Shown piece after piece: positions 22,071 through 32,140 of a stretch of DNA of 64,000 nt. A program made the position numbers and the translations under genes. A model generated the notes under the pieces. The model saw only the letters and a list, made by a program, of their open reading frames with translations. It did not search any database and was not told where the DNA came from. The DNA is from an uncultured delta proteobacterium (lineage in GTDB: Bacteria; Myxococcota; Myxococcia; Myxococcales; Myxococcaceae): contig CAWCKH010000003.1 in the NCBI GenBank assembly GCA_963796055.1, forward strand, positions 480,001 to 544,000, given 5' to 3'. Position 1 is the first letter of the stretch; the number at the start of each line of letters is the position of its first letter.

Positions 22071-22607
22071 GTGAAGGTCGCGTACGCCGGGGAACCGGGA
22101 GCGTTCGGAGAGGAGGCGGCGCGGATGCTGCCCTCTGCCGAGCCGGTGCCCTGCCCCAGCTTCGCCGCGGTGTTCGAGGCCGTCGAGCGCGGCGAGGCGG
22201 AGCGCGGAGTCGTCCCCTTGCACAATTCTCGCGCCGGAATGGTCGAGGAGGTGGTTCGGCTACTCGCGAAGTCGCAACTTCAAGTCATCGACCGGCTCGC
22301 GCTCCGCGTCCGGCAGTCGTTGCTCGCGATTCCCGGGGTGCGCCTCGAGGACATTCGCCGCGTCGCCTCGCACCCCCAGGCGCTCGCCCAGTGCAGCAAG
22401 CTCGTCCAGCAACACGGCTGGGACCTCGTTGCGCGCCGGGCAACGTCGAGTGCGGCGCGGCAGCTCTCCGAGGAGCGCGACAGCGCGTGCGCCGTCATCG
22501 CCAGCGCGGCGGCGGCCGGACTCTATGGACTGTCGGTGCTCGCCTCCGGAGTCGAGGACGACCCGGAGAACACGACGCGGTTCGCCGTTCTGCGTCGGCT
22601 GGGCTGA
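22071..22607 (+). CDS. Stand-alone prephenate dehydratase catalytic domain (no ACT)
   Basis: VAYAGEPGAF.EEAA, VPLHNS..G, SHPQALAQC, IED-like VEDDPENTTRF, then stop. Confidence 0.88.
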   Translation: MKVAYAGEPGAFGEEAARMLPSAEPVPCPSFAAVFEAVERGEAERGVVPLHNSRAGMVEEVVRLLAKSQLQVIDRLALRVRQSLLAIPGVRLEDIRRVASHPQALAQCSKLVQQHGWDLVARRATSSAARQLSEERDSACAVIASAAAAGLYGLSVLASGVEDDPENTTRFAVLRRLG

Positions 22608-22669
22608 AGAGTCCGGTCGGCGCAGGGGAACAAACCCCGTCCCTCGTGCGTCCAACCGCGCGGGACGAG

Positions 22670-23165
22670 ATGCGTATCGCACCCACACAACCCGACGCTG
22701 AAGGCATCCGGATCACGCTGGACCAGGGCCCGCGCCTGGCGCTCTGGCCGCTGTTCGAGCTCGCCGACGACTCGCCGGTGGCCATTCGCCAGTACCTCGA
22801 CCTGGGTCTGGTGCACGTGGCGCGGACCGGGGGCGTGCCGATCGGCCACGCGCAGATCGATCCCCCACGACGTCCGGGTCTGGGAGCTGAAGAGCCTCGC
22901 CGTGCTCGCGGCGTACCGTGGACTCGGCGTCGGGACGGCGCTCGTGCATCGGTCGATGGTCTGGGTGCGCGAGCACGGCGCCGAGCGGCTCCTGGTCGCC
23001 ACCGCCACCGCGGACCTGGACAACCTCGGTTTCTACCAGCGGCTCGGGTTCCGGATGCTGCGCATCGAGCGCGACGCCTTCACGCCGGAGGGAGGGTACC
23101 CCGAGGGGCTCTCCGTCCGGGGCGTGCCCGTTCGCGACCGGGTGTGGCTCGACCGCCGGGTCTAG
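22670..23165 (+). pseudogene. GNAT acetyltransferase with a +1 frameshift near 22859
   Basis: LFELADDS..IRQYL in one frame; WELKSLAV..YRGLGVG, NLGFYQRLGFR in the next frame. Confidence 0.75.
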
Positions 23166-23674
23166 TCCCCCGAGCGCAGGCTCAGCTTCCCGATGTAGTC
23201 GCGCTTGCCCAGGTCCACGCCGTTGTGGCGGAGGATCGCGTAGGCCGTGGTGAGGTGGAAGAAGAAGTTCGGCAGGGCCTGCTCGAGGAGGTAGTCCGTC
23301 GCCCGCATCCACTTCCCTTCCCAGCGCGGGCGCTTCACCACCCGCTGGTCCGTGCCCTCGAAGTCCGCAGGGGTGAAGGTGCCGAGGTACTCGATGACCG
23401 AGGCGATGCGGGTTCGAATCTCGGCGAAGGTCTGCTCGGTGTCCGGATGGGACGGCGGCTCCTTGCCGGCGGTGAACGCGGCGGCGAACTTCGCGGTGTC
23501 GCAGGCGTTCTGGAACTGACGGACCAGCGGGAACATGTCCGGCGCGAGCCGCGCCTGGAGCAGCACGGTCGGCTCGTAGCTCTTGGCCGCGGCGTGCGCT
23601 TCGGCCTTCTCGATCCAGACGTTCATCTGGCCGAGCAGCTTCTTCATCTCGACGACGATCGGGTAGAGAGCCAT
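23162..23674 (-). CDS. DUF1993 (DinB-like) family protein
   Basis: LQARLAPDMFPLVRQ, LPNFFFHLTTAYAILRHNGVDLGKRDY. Confidence 0.92.
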   Translation of the reverse strand: MALYPIVVEMKKLLGQMNVWIEKAEAHAAAKSYEPTVLLQARLAPDMFPLVRQFQNACDTAKFAAAFTAGKEPPSHPDTEQTFAEIRTRIASVIEYLGTFTPADFEGTDQRVVKRPRWEGKWMRATDYLLEQALPNFFFHLTTAYAILRHNGVDLGKRDYIGKLSLRSGD

Positions 23675-23695
23675 GTCGGGATGACTGTAACCAGG

Positions 23696-24412
23696 ATGCC
23701 CCGCCCGCGGCTGACCATCCGCCCTCTGACCCCGGACCTCTGGCCGGCGCTGGAAGATCTCTTCGGGGCGCACGGGGCGTGTGGCGGCTGCTGGTGCATG
23801 TTCTGGCGGATCGGCAGCGCCTACTCCCGGCGCCCCCACGAGCAGAACCGGGCCGCCTTCCGTTCCATCGTCCACCGGGGCCCATCCCCCGGACTCCTCG
23901 CCTTCGACGGCGACACGCCGGTGGGCTGGTGCCAGCTCACCCCGCGCTCGGTGCTTCCCGCCCTCGAGGCGAATCCCCGCTACCCGCGGGTGGACAACCG
24001 GCCGGTGTGGTCGATCTCCTGCTTCTACGTGCGCCGCGGGCACCGGGAGCGGGGCATCAGCGCGCAGTTGATCGCCGCGGCGGTGAAGGTCGCCCGGCAG
24101 GCCGGAGCACCGGCGCTCGAGGCCTATCCGGTCGACACCACCCAGCCGGAGTCGACGACGAATCTCTTCACCGGGCGTGCCTCGACCTTCGTCCGGGCGG
24201 GGTTTCGGACGGTGGTGGACCGGAACCCGCGCCGACCGGTGATGCGCCGGGAGCTGTCGCGTCGGAAGGGCGCGAGATCGCCGTCTCGAGCGCGCAGCGG
24301 CGGAAGTCCTACGTCCCCGCCCTCGGCTCGGGCCGGGCGCAGCTCAGCATCCACGGGACCCGGAAGCGGTCGACCACCATCCCGAAGCGCTCGGCCCAGA
24401 AGGTCTGGGTGA
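23696..24412 (+). CDS. GNAT family acetyltransferase (CxxCWC type)
   Basis: LFG..GACGGCWCMFWR, VGWCQL.PR, WSISCFYV, LEAYP. The low-complexity tail overlaps the convergent gene. Confidence 0.85.
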   Translation: MPRPRLTIRPLTPDLWPALEDLFGAHGACGGCWCMFWRIGSAYSRRPHEQNRAAFRSIVHRGPSPGLLAFDGDTPVGWCQLTPRSVLPALEANPRYPRVDNRPVWSISCFYVRRGHRERGISAQLIAAAVKVARQAGAPALEAYPVDTTQPESTTNLFTGRASTFVRAGFRTVVDRNPRRPVMRRELSRRKGARSPSRARSGGSPTSPPSARAGRSSASTGPGSGRPPSRSARPRRSG

Positions 24413-24737
24413 GTGGGAGGATGACGTCGCCACCCTCCGAGAGAGCGGAGAAGACGCGCTCCGCCTCTGCTGCCGTCCCGGGCTCGAGCAGCACCGAGAA
24501 CCCGGTCGGCGCGACGTACCCCTCCTCGGCGCTGACGTCCGCCCCGGTCAGCCGCGTGCCGCCGACGTCCAGGGTCGCGTGGAGAATCTTCTCTCGCCAG
24601 GCCGGGGGCACCCGGTCGGCGAGCGGCGTGCCCTCGTACCGGACCAGCGCCAGGAGCTCCCCGCCGAGGACCTCCCGGTAGAAACGGAAGGCCTCCTCGC
24701 AGCGGCCGTCGAAGGTGAGATGCGGATTGAGGCGCAC
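24309..24737 (-). CDS. VOC/glyoxalase PhnB-like protein
   Basis: LNPHLTFDGRCEEAF.FY, ILHATL, TFWAERFGMVVDRF.VPW. Confidence 0.9.
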   Translation of the reverse strand: MRLNPHLTFDGRCEEAFRFYREVLGGELLALVRYEGTPLADRVPPAWREKILHATLDVGGTRLTGADVSAEEGYVAPTGFSVLLEPGTAAEAERVFSALSEGGDVILPLTQTFWAERFGMVVDRFRVPWMLSCARPEPRAGT

Positions 24738-24740
24738 CGA

Positions 24741-26000
24741 CTACTTGCTGTAGCGCTTCAGAAGAAGCACCGCGTTTGTCCCGCCGAACCCGAAACTGTT
24801 GCTCATCACCGCGTCCACCCGGACCTCGCGGGGCTTGTTGGGCACGTAGTCCAGGTCGCACTCCGGATCGGGCGTGGTGTAGTTGATGGTCGGGGGAATC
24901 ACCCCGCGGGTCAGCGCCAGCACCCCCACCACCGCCTCCGCCCCGCCCGCCGCGCCGAGCATGTGCCCGGTCATCGACTTGGTGGAGCTGATCAGCATCT
25001 TCTTCGCGTGCGGCCCGAAGACCGTCTTGATCGCCTTGGTCTCGTTGGCGTCGTTGAACGGGGTCGAGGTGCCGTGCGCGTTCAGGTAGCCCACGTCCTC
25101 GGGCCGCATCCCTGCGTCGGCCAGCGCCAGGCGCATGCACCGTGCGGCGCCCTCGCCCTCGGGGGCCGGGGCAGTGACGTGGTGCGCGTCGGAGTTGGCG
25201 CCGTACCCGGCAACCTCCGCCAGGATGTTCGCTCCGCGGCGGCGGGCATGCTCCAGCTCTTCGAGCACCACGATGCCCGCGCCCTCGCCCTCGACGAAAC
25301 CGTCGCGGTCCTTGTCGAAGGGACGGCTGGCGCGCGCCGGGTCGTCGTTCCGGGTGGACAGCGCCTTCATCGCCGCGAAGCCGCCGATGCCCAGCGGGGT
25401 GATGGCCGCCTCGGCGCCGCCGGCGATCATCGCGTCGGTCTCGCCGATGCGCACCGACTTCACCGCCTCGCCGATGGCGTGGGCAGAAGTCGAGCAGGCC
25501 GACACCGGCGACCAGTTCGGACCCTTGCACCCGTACTTGATGGTCACCAGGCCCGGCGCCATGTTGATGATCATCTGCAGGATGAAGAAGGGGGAAAGCC
25601 GATCGAAGCCCTTCTCCAGGGCCTTCTTGTGCTGCTCCTCCAGAGAGCCCAGGCCGCCGATGCCCGAGCCGATGATGACCCCCACCTTCTCCGGGACGTA
25701 GCCATTCGGCTTGTCCGTCCCGACCGGGAGACCGCTCTCCTTCATCGCCATGTCGGTGGCCGCCATCGCGTACTGCGCGTAGAGGTCCATCCGGCGGACC
25801 TCCCGGCGGTCGATCCACTCCTCGGGCACGAAGTCCTTCACCTCGGCCGCGATGCGTGCGTCGATGCCGCTGGCATCGAACCGGGTGATGGAACCCACCC
25901 CGGACTTGCCGGCCAGCATGGCTTGCCAGTTCTTCTCCACGCCGGTTCCCAGCGCGGTGATGAGTCCGGTTCCAGTGACGACGACGCGACGGTTCGGCAT
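24741..26000 (-). CDS. fabF: Beta-ketoacyl-ACP synthase II
   Basis: [36 protein letters not shown]. Confidence 0.97.
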   Translation of the reverse strand: MPNRRVVVTGTGLITALGTGVEKNWQAMLAGKSGVGSITRFDASGIDARIAAEVKDFVPEEWIDRREVRRMDLYAQYAMAATDMAMKESGLPVGTDKPNGYVPEKVGVIIGSGIGGLGSLEEQHKKALEKGFDRLSPFFILQMIINMAPGLVTIKYGCKGPNWSPVSACSTSAHAIGEAVKSVRIGETDAMIAGGAEAAITPLGIGGFAAMKALSTRNDDPARASRPFDKDRDGFVEGEGAGIVVLEELEHARRRGANILAEVAGYGANSDAHHVTAPAPEGEGAARCMRLALADAGMRPEDVGYLNAHGTSTPFNDANETKAIKTVFGPHAKKMLISSTKSMTGHMLGAAGGAEAVVGVLALTRGVIPPTINYTTPDPECDLDYVPNKPREVRVDAVMSNSFGFGGTNAVLLLKRYSK

Positions 26001-26035
26001 GGGCAAAAGACCTAGCTCCGGCCCCGGGGCCAGCG

Positions 26036-26278
26036 CTACTTCTTGTGGGTGTTGATGTAGTTGATGGCGTCCCCGACGGTCTTGATGTTCTCGGCCTCCT
26101 CGTCCGGGATCTCCACCTCGAACTCCTCCTCCATCGCCATCACCAGCTCGACGATGTCCAGGCTGTCCGCGCCGAGATCCTCGATGAAGGAGGACTCGGG
26201 CTTGATCTCGTCCTCACCGACGCCCAGCTGGTCGGCGATGATCGACTTGACCTTGGCCTCGATTGCACTCGTCGCCAT
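26036..26278 (-). CDS. acpP: Acyl carrier protein
   Basis: [22 protein letters not shown]. Confidence 0.98.
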   Translation of the reverse strand: MATSAIEAKVKSIIADQLGVGEDEIKPESSFIEDLGADSLDIVELVMAMEEEFEVEIPDEEAENIKTVGDAINYINTHKK

Positions 26279-26410
26279 CTGATTCCTCCGGTTCCTTCTC
26301 TGTCGAAGTGCTGCCGAACGTGTTCGGGGAGACGCGACCGGGGGACCTGGAAGACGCTTGGCAGGTCCCGCGGGCAACCCCCGGGCGCGCGCGGTATAGC
26401 CCACGCCCCT

Positions 26411-27145
26411 TTACATGTACATGCCGCCGTTGATCTTGAGGATTTCACCCGTCACGTAGGACGCCGCGTCACTGGCGAGGAACAGCACCGCCCTTGCCAC
26501 CTCGTCCGCCGTGCCCAGTCGGCCCAGCGGAATGGCCTCGGTCATCTTCGCTTTCAGCTCGGCGGATAACCCCGAGGTCATGTCGGTGTCGATGAAACCG
26601 GGCGACACCGCGTTCACCCGCACGTTCCGGCTCGCCAGCTCGCGGGCCAGCGACTTGGTGAGCCCGATGAGCCCGGCCTTGCTCGCCGCGTAGGCGGCCT
26701 GGCCCACGTTCCCCGTCTCCCCCACGACGGAGGTGAGGTTCACGATGGCGCCCGAGCGCTGCTTCATCATCGGGCGCGCCGCGGCGCGGCAGAGCGCGAA
26801 CGCGCCCTTGAGGTTGGTGTCCAGCGTTCGGTCCCAGTCCTCGTCCTTCACCCGCACCGCCAGAGCGTCGATGGCGACACCGGCGTTGTTCACCAGCACG
26901 TCCAGCCGCCCGGCGCCCTTCACCACCTCGTCCACCGCCGCCGCACAGGCCCGGGTGTCCGCCACGTCGAACTTCATGCTCCGGGCGTTGGGACCGCTCG
27001 CCGCCACGGCCTCGGCGGCCGCGGTCTCGTTCCCGGCGTAGGTCAGCACCACCGTTGCCCCGGCCTTGCCGAACGCCACTGCGCAGGCCCGACCGATGCC
27101 GCGCGAGCCGCCGGTGACCAGGACGACCTTTCCGGTGAAGTTCAT
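26411..27145 (-). CDS. fabG: 3-oxoacyl-ACP reductase
   Basis: [26 protein letters not shown]. Confidence 0.97.
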   Translation of the reverse strand: MNFTGKVVLVTGGSRGIGRACAVAFGKAGATVVLTYAGNETAAAEAVAASGPNARSMKFDVADTRACAAAVDEVVKGAGRLDVLVNNAGVAIDALAVRVKDEDWDRTLDTNLKGAFALCRAAARPMMKQRSGAIVNLTSVVGETGNVGQAAYAASKAGLIGLTKSLARELASRNVRVNAVSPGFIDTDMTSGLSAELKAKMTEAIPLGRLGTADEVARAVLFLASDAASYVTGEILKINGGMYM

Positions 27146-27156
27146 CGTCCTGTCCC

Positions 27157-28107
27157 TCAGGCCCCCGAGCGGCCTCCGGCGGCGGCGAGCGACTTCTCCA
27201 GGCTCGCCGGGTCCTCCACGTTGAGCACCTCGATCTCCTTGCAGATGCGCTTCACCAGACCGCCGAGCACCCTCCCCGGCCCCAGCTCCACCACCCGGGT
27301 GACCCCGGCGGCGGCGAGGGCGCGGATGGACTCCACCCACCGCACCGGCGCGCTCACCTGCGCCAGGAGCAGCGGCACCACGCGGGCCTTGTCGGAGTTC
27401 GGCGCCGCCTCCACGTTGGAGACCACCGGAATGCGCGGGGCGGACACCGTGCAACGGGCGAGCACCTCGGCCAGCCGCGGCTTCACCGGCTCCATCAGCG
27501 CGCAATGGAAGGGTGCGGACACGCTCAACGGCAGCACCCGCTTGGCGCCGGCCTCGCGCAGCTTCGCCGAGGCGCGCTCCACCGCCGCGGTGTCCCCGGC
27601 GATGACGGTCTGCTCGGGCGAGTTGTAGTTCGCCGGCGAGACCACCTGGTCCTGGGCGACCTCGGCGCAGATGCGCGCCACGACGTCTGCCTCGAGCCCG
27701 AGCACCGCGGCCATGGCGCCAGTCCCCGCCGGCACCGCCTCCTGCATGAGGGTCCCGCGCGCCCGCACCGCCCGGACGGCATCGGCCAGGGAGAGCGCGC
27801 CCGCGACCACCAGCGCCGAGTACTCGCCGAGCGAGTGCCCGGCAACGAACACTGCTCCTGGCCCGCCGCGGGCAGCCCACACCGCGTGCGCGGCGATGGA
27901 CGTGGTGAGGATGGCCGGCTGGGCGTTGCGGGTGAGCACCAGCTCGGACTCGGGGCCCTCGAAGCAAAGCCGGGACAGCGGCTCGCCCAGCGCGTCGTCC
28001 GCGGACTGGAAGACGCCGCGGGCCTCGGGAAATGCCTCGGCCAGGGCCTTGCCCATCCCGACCAGCTGGCTGCCCTGCCCGGGAAAGAGGAATGCCGTGG
28101 CTACCAT
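27157..28107 (-). CDS. fabD: Malonyl-CoA:ACP transacylase
   Basis: FPGQGSQ, GHSLGE, VSAPFH. Confidence 0.97.
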   Translation of the reverse strand: MVATAFLFPGQGSQLVGMGKALAEAFPEARGVFQSADDALGEPLSRLCFEGPESELVLTRNAQPAILTTSIAAHAVWAARGGPGAVFVAGHSLGEYSALVVAGALSLADAVRAVRARGTLMQEAVPAGTGAMAAVLGLEADVVARICAEVAQDQVVSPANYNSPEQTVIAGDTAAVERASAKLREAGAKRVLPLSVSAPFHCALMEPVKPRLAEVLARCTVSAPRIPVVSNVEAAPNSDKARVVPLLLAQVSAPVRWVESIRALAAAGVTRVVELGPGRVLGGLVKRICKEIEVLNVEDPASLEKSLAAAGGRSGA

Positions 28108-29084
28108 CGGATGACGCCGGCTCCCCAGGCCATCCCCGCGCCGATGGCCATGGTGGCGATGATGTCGCCGGGCTGGAGCCTGCCGGCGCGGTTCGCCTCG
28201 TCCAGCGTCGTGGGCAGCGATGCCGAGGAGGTGTTGCCGTAGCGGTGGATGTTCACCCAGCACTTCTCCAGCGGAATCCCCAGCCGGTGGCACACCGACT
28301 CGATGATCCGGAGATTCGCCTGGTGACCGACGAGGTGCGTGACGTCCGCGGGGGTCAGCCCCTGCTTCCCGAGCACCTCCAGGACTGCCTCGGGCAGCGC
28401 GCGGACCGCGTACTTGTAGACCTCGCGGCCGTTCATCGCGACCTTGTTCAGCTTCTTCTCCAGCACCTCGATGGACTGGGGGTGGAGACTTCCGCCGCCG
28501 GGGATGGCGAGAGCGCCCGCGGCGTCGCCGTCCGCGTGCAGCTGGATGCCGAGGATGCCGCGTGACTCGTCGGGTGAGGGGCCGAGCACCAGGGCCCCCG
28601 CCGCGTCACCGAAGAGCACGCAGGTGTTCCGGTCGGTCCAGTCGACGATGCGGCTCAGGAGCTCCGCCCCGATGACCAGCGCCCTGCGCACGCTCCCATT
28701 GCGGATGAACTGATCGGCGATGGACATCCCGTACAGCGACCCGGCGCAGGCCGCCGAGAGGTCGAAGGCAAAGGCCTTCTTCGCTCCCAGCTTGGCCTGC
28801 ACCATCACCGCGCAGGACGGCATGGGCATGTCCGGGGAGATGGTTCCGACGATGATCATGTCCAGCTCGTCCGCCCGGGTGTGCGCCATCTCCAGGGCCC
28901 GGATGGCGGCCTTCACCGCCATGTCCGAGGTGACCTCCCCCGGAGCGGCGATCCGGCGCTCCTTGATGCCAGTGCGCTCGGTGATCCAGGCGTCCGACGT
29001 CTCGACCATCCGCTCGAGATCCGCGTTGGTGAGCACCTTCTCCGGCGCGTAGGCACCGGTGCCGAGGATGGCGGTCCGTGTCAT
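28101..29084 (-). CDS. fabH: Beta-ketoacyl-ACP synthase III
   Basis: DLSAAC, LFGD, HQAN, YGNTSSAS. Confidence 0.96.
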   Translation of the reverse strand: MTRTAILGTGAYAPEKVLTNADLERMVETSDAWITERTGIKERRIAAPGEVTSDMAVKAAIRALEMAHTRADELDMIIVGTISPDMPMPSCAVMVQAKLGAKKAFAFDLSAACAGSLYGMSIADQFIRNGSVRRALVIGAELLSRIVDWTDRNTCVLFGDAAGALVLGPSPDESRGILGIQLHADGDAAGALAIPGGGSLHPQSIEVLEKKLNKVAMNGREVYKYAVRALPEAVLEVLGKQGLTPADVTHLVGHQANLRIIESVCHRLGIPLEKCWVNIHRYGNTSSASLPTTLDEANRAGRLQPGDIIATMAIGAGMAWGAGVIRW

Positions 29085-29190
29085 GCGCGGGTCACCATGG
29101 CGCATGCCCGCCCCGATGTCCTGCGTCGAACCCCCGCCGGATTTTGCTCACAGCGGAATTGAGGCTGTGCGTCGTCCACGGTGCGGGCAG

Positions 29191-29373
29191 CTACTTGGTC
29201 GCGACGACCTCGCGCCCGGCGTAGTGGCCGCAGCTACTGCATGCCCGGTGGGGAAGCACCGGCTCCTTGCAGTTGGGGCAGGAGATGACCTGCACCGCCA
29301 CACGGAGGTTGTTGTTGGCAGCGCGCCGGCGGTCGCGGCGCATCTTGGACGTCCTCTTCTTGGGAACTCCCAC
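29191..29373 (-). CDS. rpmF: 50S ribosomal protein L32 (Zn-ribbon form)
   Basis: [24 protein letters not shown]. Confidence 0.97.
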   Translation of the reverse strand: MGVPKKRTSKMRRDRRRAANNNLRVAVQVISCPNCKEPVLPHRACSSCGHYAGREVVATK

Positions 29374-29386
29374 GGCGTTGTCGCTC

Positions 29387-29950
29387 CTAGTTCAGCTTGA
29401 AGTTCTTCAGCGCGGCGAGCCGGGGATCTACCTGGGTCTGCGCACAACCGCACTGCCCTTCGTTCAGGTTCTGGCCGCAAGTGCCACACAGGCCCTTGCA
29501 GTCCTCGCCGCAGACGGCGTGCATCGGCAGCGCCAGGAGCACCTGTTCCCGTACCAGGGGGTCCAGGTCGATGGTCTTGCCATCGAAGAGCTCCTCGTCG
29601 GCGCGCTCGAGGTCGAAGCTCCCCGCGCGCTCGACTTGTTCGTCGTCCGCCCCGTCCTCGCCGCCGCACAGCGCAGCCCTGGAGACGAGATTCAGGGTGA
29701 AGGTCACCGGGACCCGGAGGTGCACGTCGGCCAGGCAGCGCCGGCAGGGGGTGTGGACCGCCACCTCGGTCGAGCCGCGCAGGAGCACCCCGCTCCCGGT
29801 CTTCTGGAGCTTCACGCGCAGCGGCGCCGGGCCATCCGGGCGGAAGCCGGTGTCCTTGATCTCGGCGAGGGCGTGGGTGAGGAAGCTCTCCGAGAGGGTC
29901 TCGTCGAGGGAGAGACCCCCCTCGCGAATCTGATCGACGGTGACGACCAT
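29387..29950 (-). CDS. YceD/DUF177 family protein
   Basis: [33 protein letters not shown]; sits upstream of rpmF. Confidence 0.93.
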   Translation of the reverse strand: MVVTVDQIREGGLSLDETLSESFLTHALAEIKDTGFRPDGPAPLRVKLQKTGSGVLLRGSTEVAVHTPCRRCLADVHLRVPVTFTLNLVSRAALCGGEDGADDEQVERAGSFDLERADEELFDGKTIDLDPLVREQVLLALPMHAVCGEDCKGLCGTCGQNLNEGQCGCAQTQVDPRLAALKNFKLN

Positions 29951-29973
29951 GGGGCGGCGGGAAAAGGGCGCGG

Positions 29974-30002
29974 ACTTAATGGCACAGCCTATCCCCTGTC
30001 AA
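29974..30002 (-). promoter_or_regulatory. Putative sigma70 promoter of the yceD-rpmF-fab operon
   Basis: Minus strand TTGACA-17 nt-TTAAGT. Confidence 0.5.
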
Positions 30003-30022
30003 CGAGAGGAAGGTTCCCTGCC

Positions 30023-30050
30023 CGTCATGACCCCGACACCCAAGCGTCAC
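30023..30050 (+). promoter_or_regulatory. Putative Pho box (three hexamers at 11-nt period) upstream of phoB
   Basis: CGTCAT (30023), CGACAC (30034), CGTCAC (30045). Confidence 0.65.
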
Positions 30051-30124
30051 CCGTCCCGTGGGAGGCGTCTGGTACAGGCGTCCTCCCGGGTCGTCGGCAT
30101 AGCCCCCCGGAGGTTTCCCCACCC

Positions 30125-30817
30125 GTGTCGCGCATCCTGATCGTCGAGGACGAGCAAGATCTCGCCAACCTCCTCACCTACAACCTGTCCGCCGCCGGCT
30201 TCGAGACCGAGACCACCCACAGCGGGGCGGCCGCGCTCAGCCGGGCCAAGGTCTTCAAGCCCGACCTGGTCCTGCTCGACCTCATGCTCCCTGACCTTCC
30301 GGGCAGCGAGGTCCTCCGGCTGATCAAGGAGGACCCGAACCTGCGCCGCACGGCGGTGGTGATGGTGACCGCCAAGGGACAGGAATCGGACCGGGTGCAG
30401 GGTCTGGAGCTCGGGGCCGACGACTACGTGGTGAAGCCGTTCAGCGTCCGCGAGCTGGCGCTCCGGGTGAAGGCCGTCCTCCGCCGGATGGCCCGCGACT
30501 CCGAGGGGACGGGGGTGCTGGCCGCAGGAAGCATCCGCCTCGACCCGGCCCGCCACGAGGTGACGGTGGCCGGCAACGAGGTGGCCCTCACCGCGCTCGA
30601 GTTCCGGTTGCTCAAGACGCTGCTCGAGCGGCCCGGCCGGGTTCAGACCCGCGAGGTGCTGCTCTCGGACGTCTGGGGAATCGAGGCGGAGATCACCACC
30701 CGCACCGTGGACACACACATCAAGCGGCTGCGGGAGAAGCTGGGGAGTGCAGGGGACATCATCGAAACGGTCCGCGGGGTCGGCTACAAGCTGGCCAGCC
30801 CCGACAAGGACGCGTGA
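30125..30817 (+). CDS. phoB: OmpR/PhoB family response regulator
   Basis: ILIVEDE, LLDLMLP, GADDYVVKPF, RTVDTHIKRLREKL, TVRGVGY; context of phoR and pst genes. Confidence 0.9.
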   Translation: MSRILIVEDEQDLANLLTYNLSAAGFETETTHSGAAALSRAKVFKPDLVLLDLMLPDLPGSEVLRLIKEDPNLRRTAVVMVTAKGQESDRVQGLELGADDYVVKPFSVRELALRVKAVLRRMARDSEGTGVLAAGSIRLDPARHEVTVAGNEVALTALEFRLLKTLLERPGRVQTREVLLSDVWGIEAEITTRTVDTHIKRLREKLGSAGDIIETVRGVGYKLASPDKDA

Positions 30818-32085
30818 ACGACCGACCCCACCCACGACGACTCGCCTTCCTGCTCCTCGCCACCCTGGTCCCCGGCATCGCCGCGGGCGCGGGGGCAAGC
30901 GTGCTCGCCGGGGTCCAGACCGGGCTCCTCGCCGGCGGGCTGAGCTCGCTGGTCGCCTTCCTCATCGCCCTGGCCAGCGAGAGCGAGGCTGCGCGGGCGC
31001 TGGCCCGGGTGGAGACGTCCGCCGAGGCGCAACAGCGAACTCTGGCCGAGGAGCGCAACGGGGCGCTGCTCGAGGTGCAGACCCTGGCCGCGGCCATCGA
31101 GGGGATGGACGAGGGGATGTGGATCACCGACGCCAACGGCGTGGTGCTCCGGCACAACGAGGCCCTGCGCGCCATCCTCGGCACCGACCAGGAGCTGGTC
31201 GGGCAACGGCCGCTGTTCCTGGTGCGGCGCACCGACCTCCACGACGCCGTCATCCGGGCCTGCCGGGAGGGGGTCACCTCGAAGGTGGAGGTGTCGATGG
31301 ACGCGCCCCGGAGCAAGACGCTGGAGGTGCACATCGCCCCGCTGGGGGGCTCTCTGCCCGGGAGCTCGGCGGTGTTCCGCGACGTGACCGAGCGCAAGCG
31401 GCTGGAGCGGGTTCGGCAGGACTTCGTGGCCAACGTGAGCCACGAGCTGCGGACGCCCATCGCCGCCATCCTCGGGTACGCCGAGACGCTCCGCTCCGGC
31501 GCGCTGGCGGATACCAAGCACGCCCCGCAGATGGTGGAGATCATCCACCGCCAGTCAGAGCGGCTGGGAGAGCTGGTCTCGGACCTGCTCGAGCTCTCCC
31601 GGCTGGACGCCGGGGAGCGGCCGCTCTCCTCCGCCTCGGTCTCGCTGGCCGAGGTCGCGCGTCAGGCGAGCGAGGCGATGGAGCCCCGGGCCACCGGCAA
31701 GCGCCTGTCGGTCCAGCTCCGGGTTCCGGGGGATCTCACTGCCCGCGCCGACCCCAAGGCGCTGGAGCAGGTGCTCCTGAACCTCCTCGACAACGCCATC
31801 AAGTACACCCCCGAGGGGGGAACGGTGGAGCTCCTCGGGGAGCGGGTCGGGGACCGGGCGCAGCTGTCGGTGAAGGACACGGGGCTGGGCATCGAGAGCA
31901 AGCACCTCCCCCGGCTCTTCGAGCGGTTCTACCGGGCGGACCGGGGCCGGAGCCGGGACATGGGAGGTACGGGGCTCGGCCTGTCCATCGTCCGGCACCT
32001 CGTCCATGGCATGGAGGGCGAGGTCCGGGTGGCCAGCCAGCTCGGGGTGGGGAGCACGTTCACCGTGGTCCTGCCGGCCGCCTAG
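30814..32085 (+). CDS. phoR: PhoR-like sensor histidine kinase (TM, PAS, HisKA, HATPase)
   Basis: DFVANVSHELRTP, NLLDNAIKY, FERFYR, GGTGLGLSIV. Confidence 0.92.
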   Translation: MNDRPHPRRLAFLLLATLVPGIAAGAGASVLAGVQTGLLAGGLSSLVAFLIALASESEAARALARVETSAEAQQRTLAEERNGALLEVQTLAAAIEGMDEGMWITDANGVVLRHNEALRAILGTDQELVGQRPLFLVRRTDLHDAVIRACREGVTSKVEVSMDAPRSKTLEVHIAPLGGSLPGSSAVFRDVTERKRLERVRQDFVANVSHELRTPIAAILGYAETLRSGALADTKHAPQMVEIIHRQSERLGELVSDLLELSRLDAGERPLSSASVSLAEVARQASEAMEPRATGKRLSVQLRVPGDLTARADPKALEQVLLNLLDNAIKYTPEGGTVELLGERVGDRAQLSVKDTGLGIESKHLPRLFERFYRADRGRSRDMGGTGLGLSIVRHLVHGMEGEVRVASQLGVGSTFTVVLPAA

Positions 32086-32140
32086 GAACACCCGGGTCCG
32101 TGGCCGGACAGCGACGGGAACGGGTACACTGCAGGACGCC

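Noticed and set aside
22391..24412. 673-aa ORF joining two GNAT regions
   Set aside because: It runs antisense through DUF1993; an artefact of the GNAT frameshift and GC-rich open frames.
24309..24412. 104-nt convergent overlap between the GNAT and VOC genes
   Set aside because: A low-complexity tail typical of stop-codon drift in GC-rich genomes, with no sign of function.
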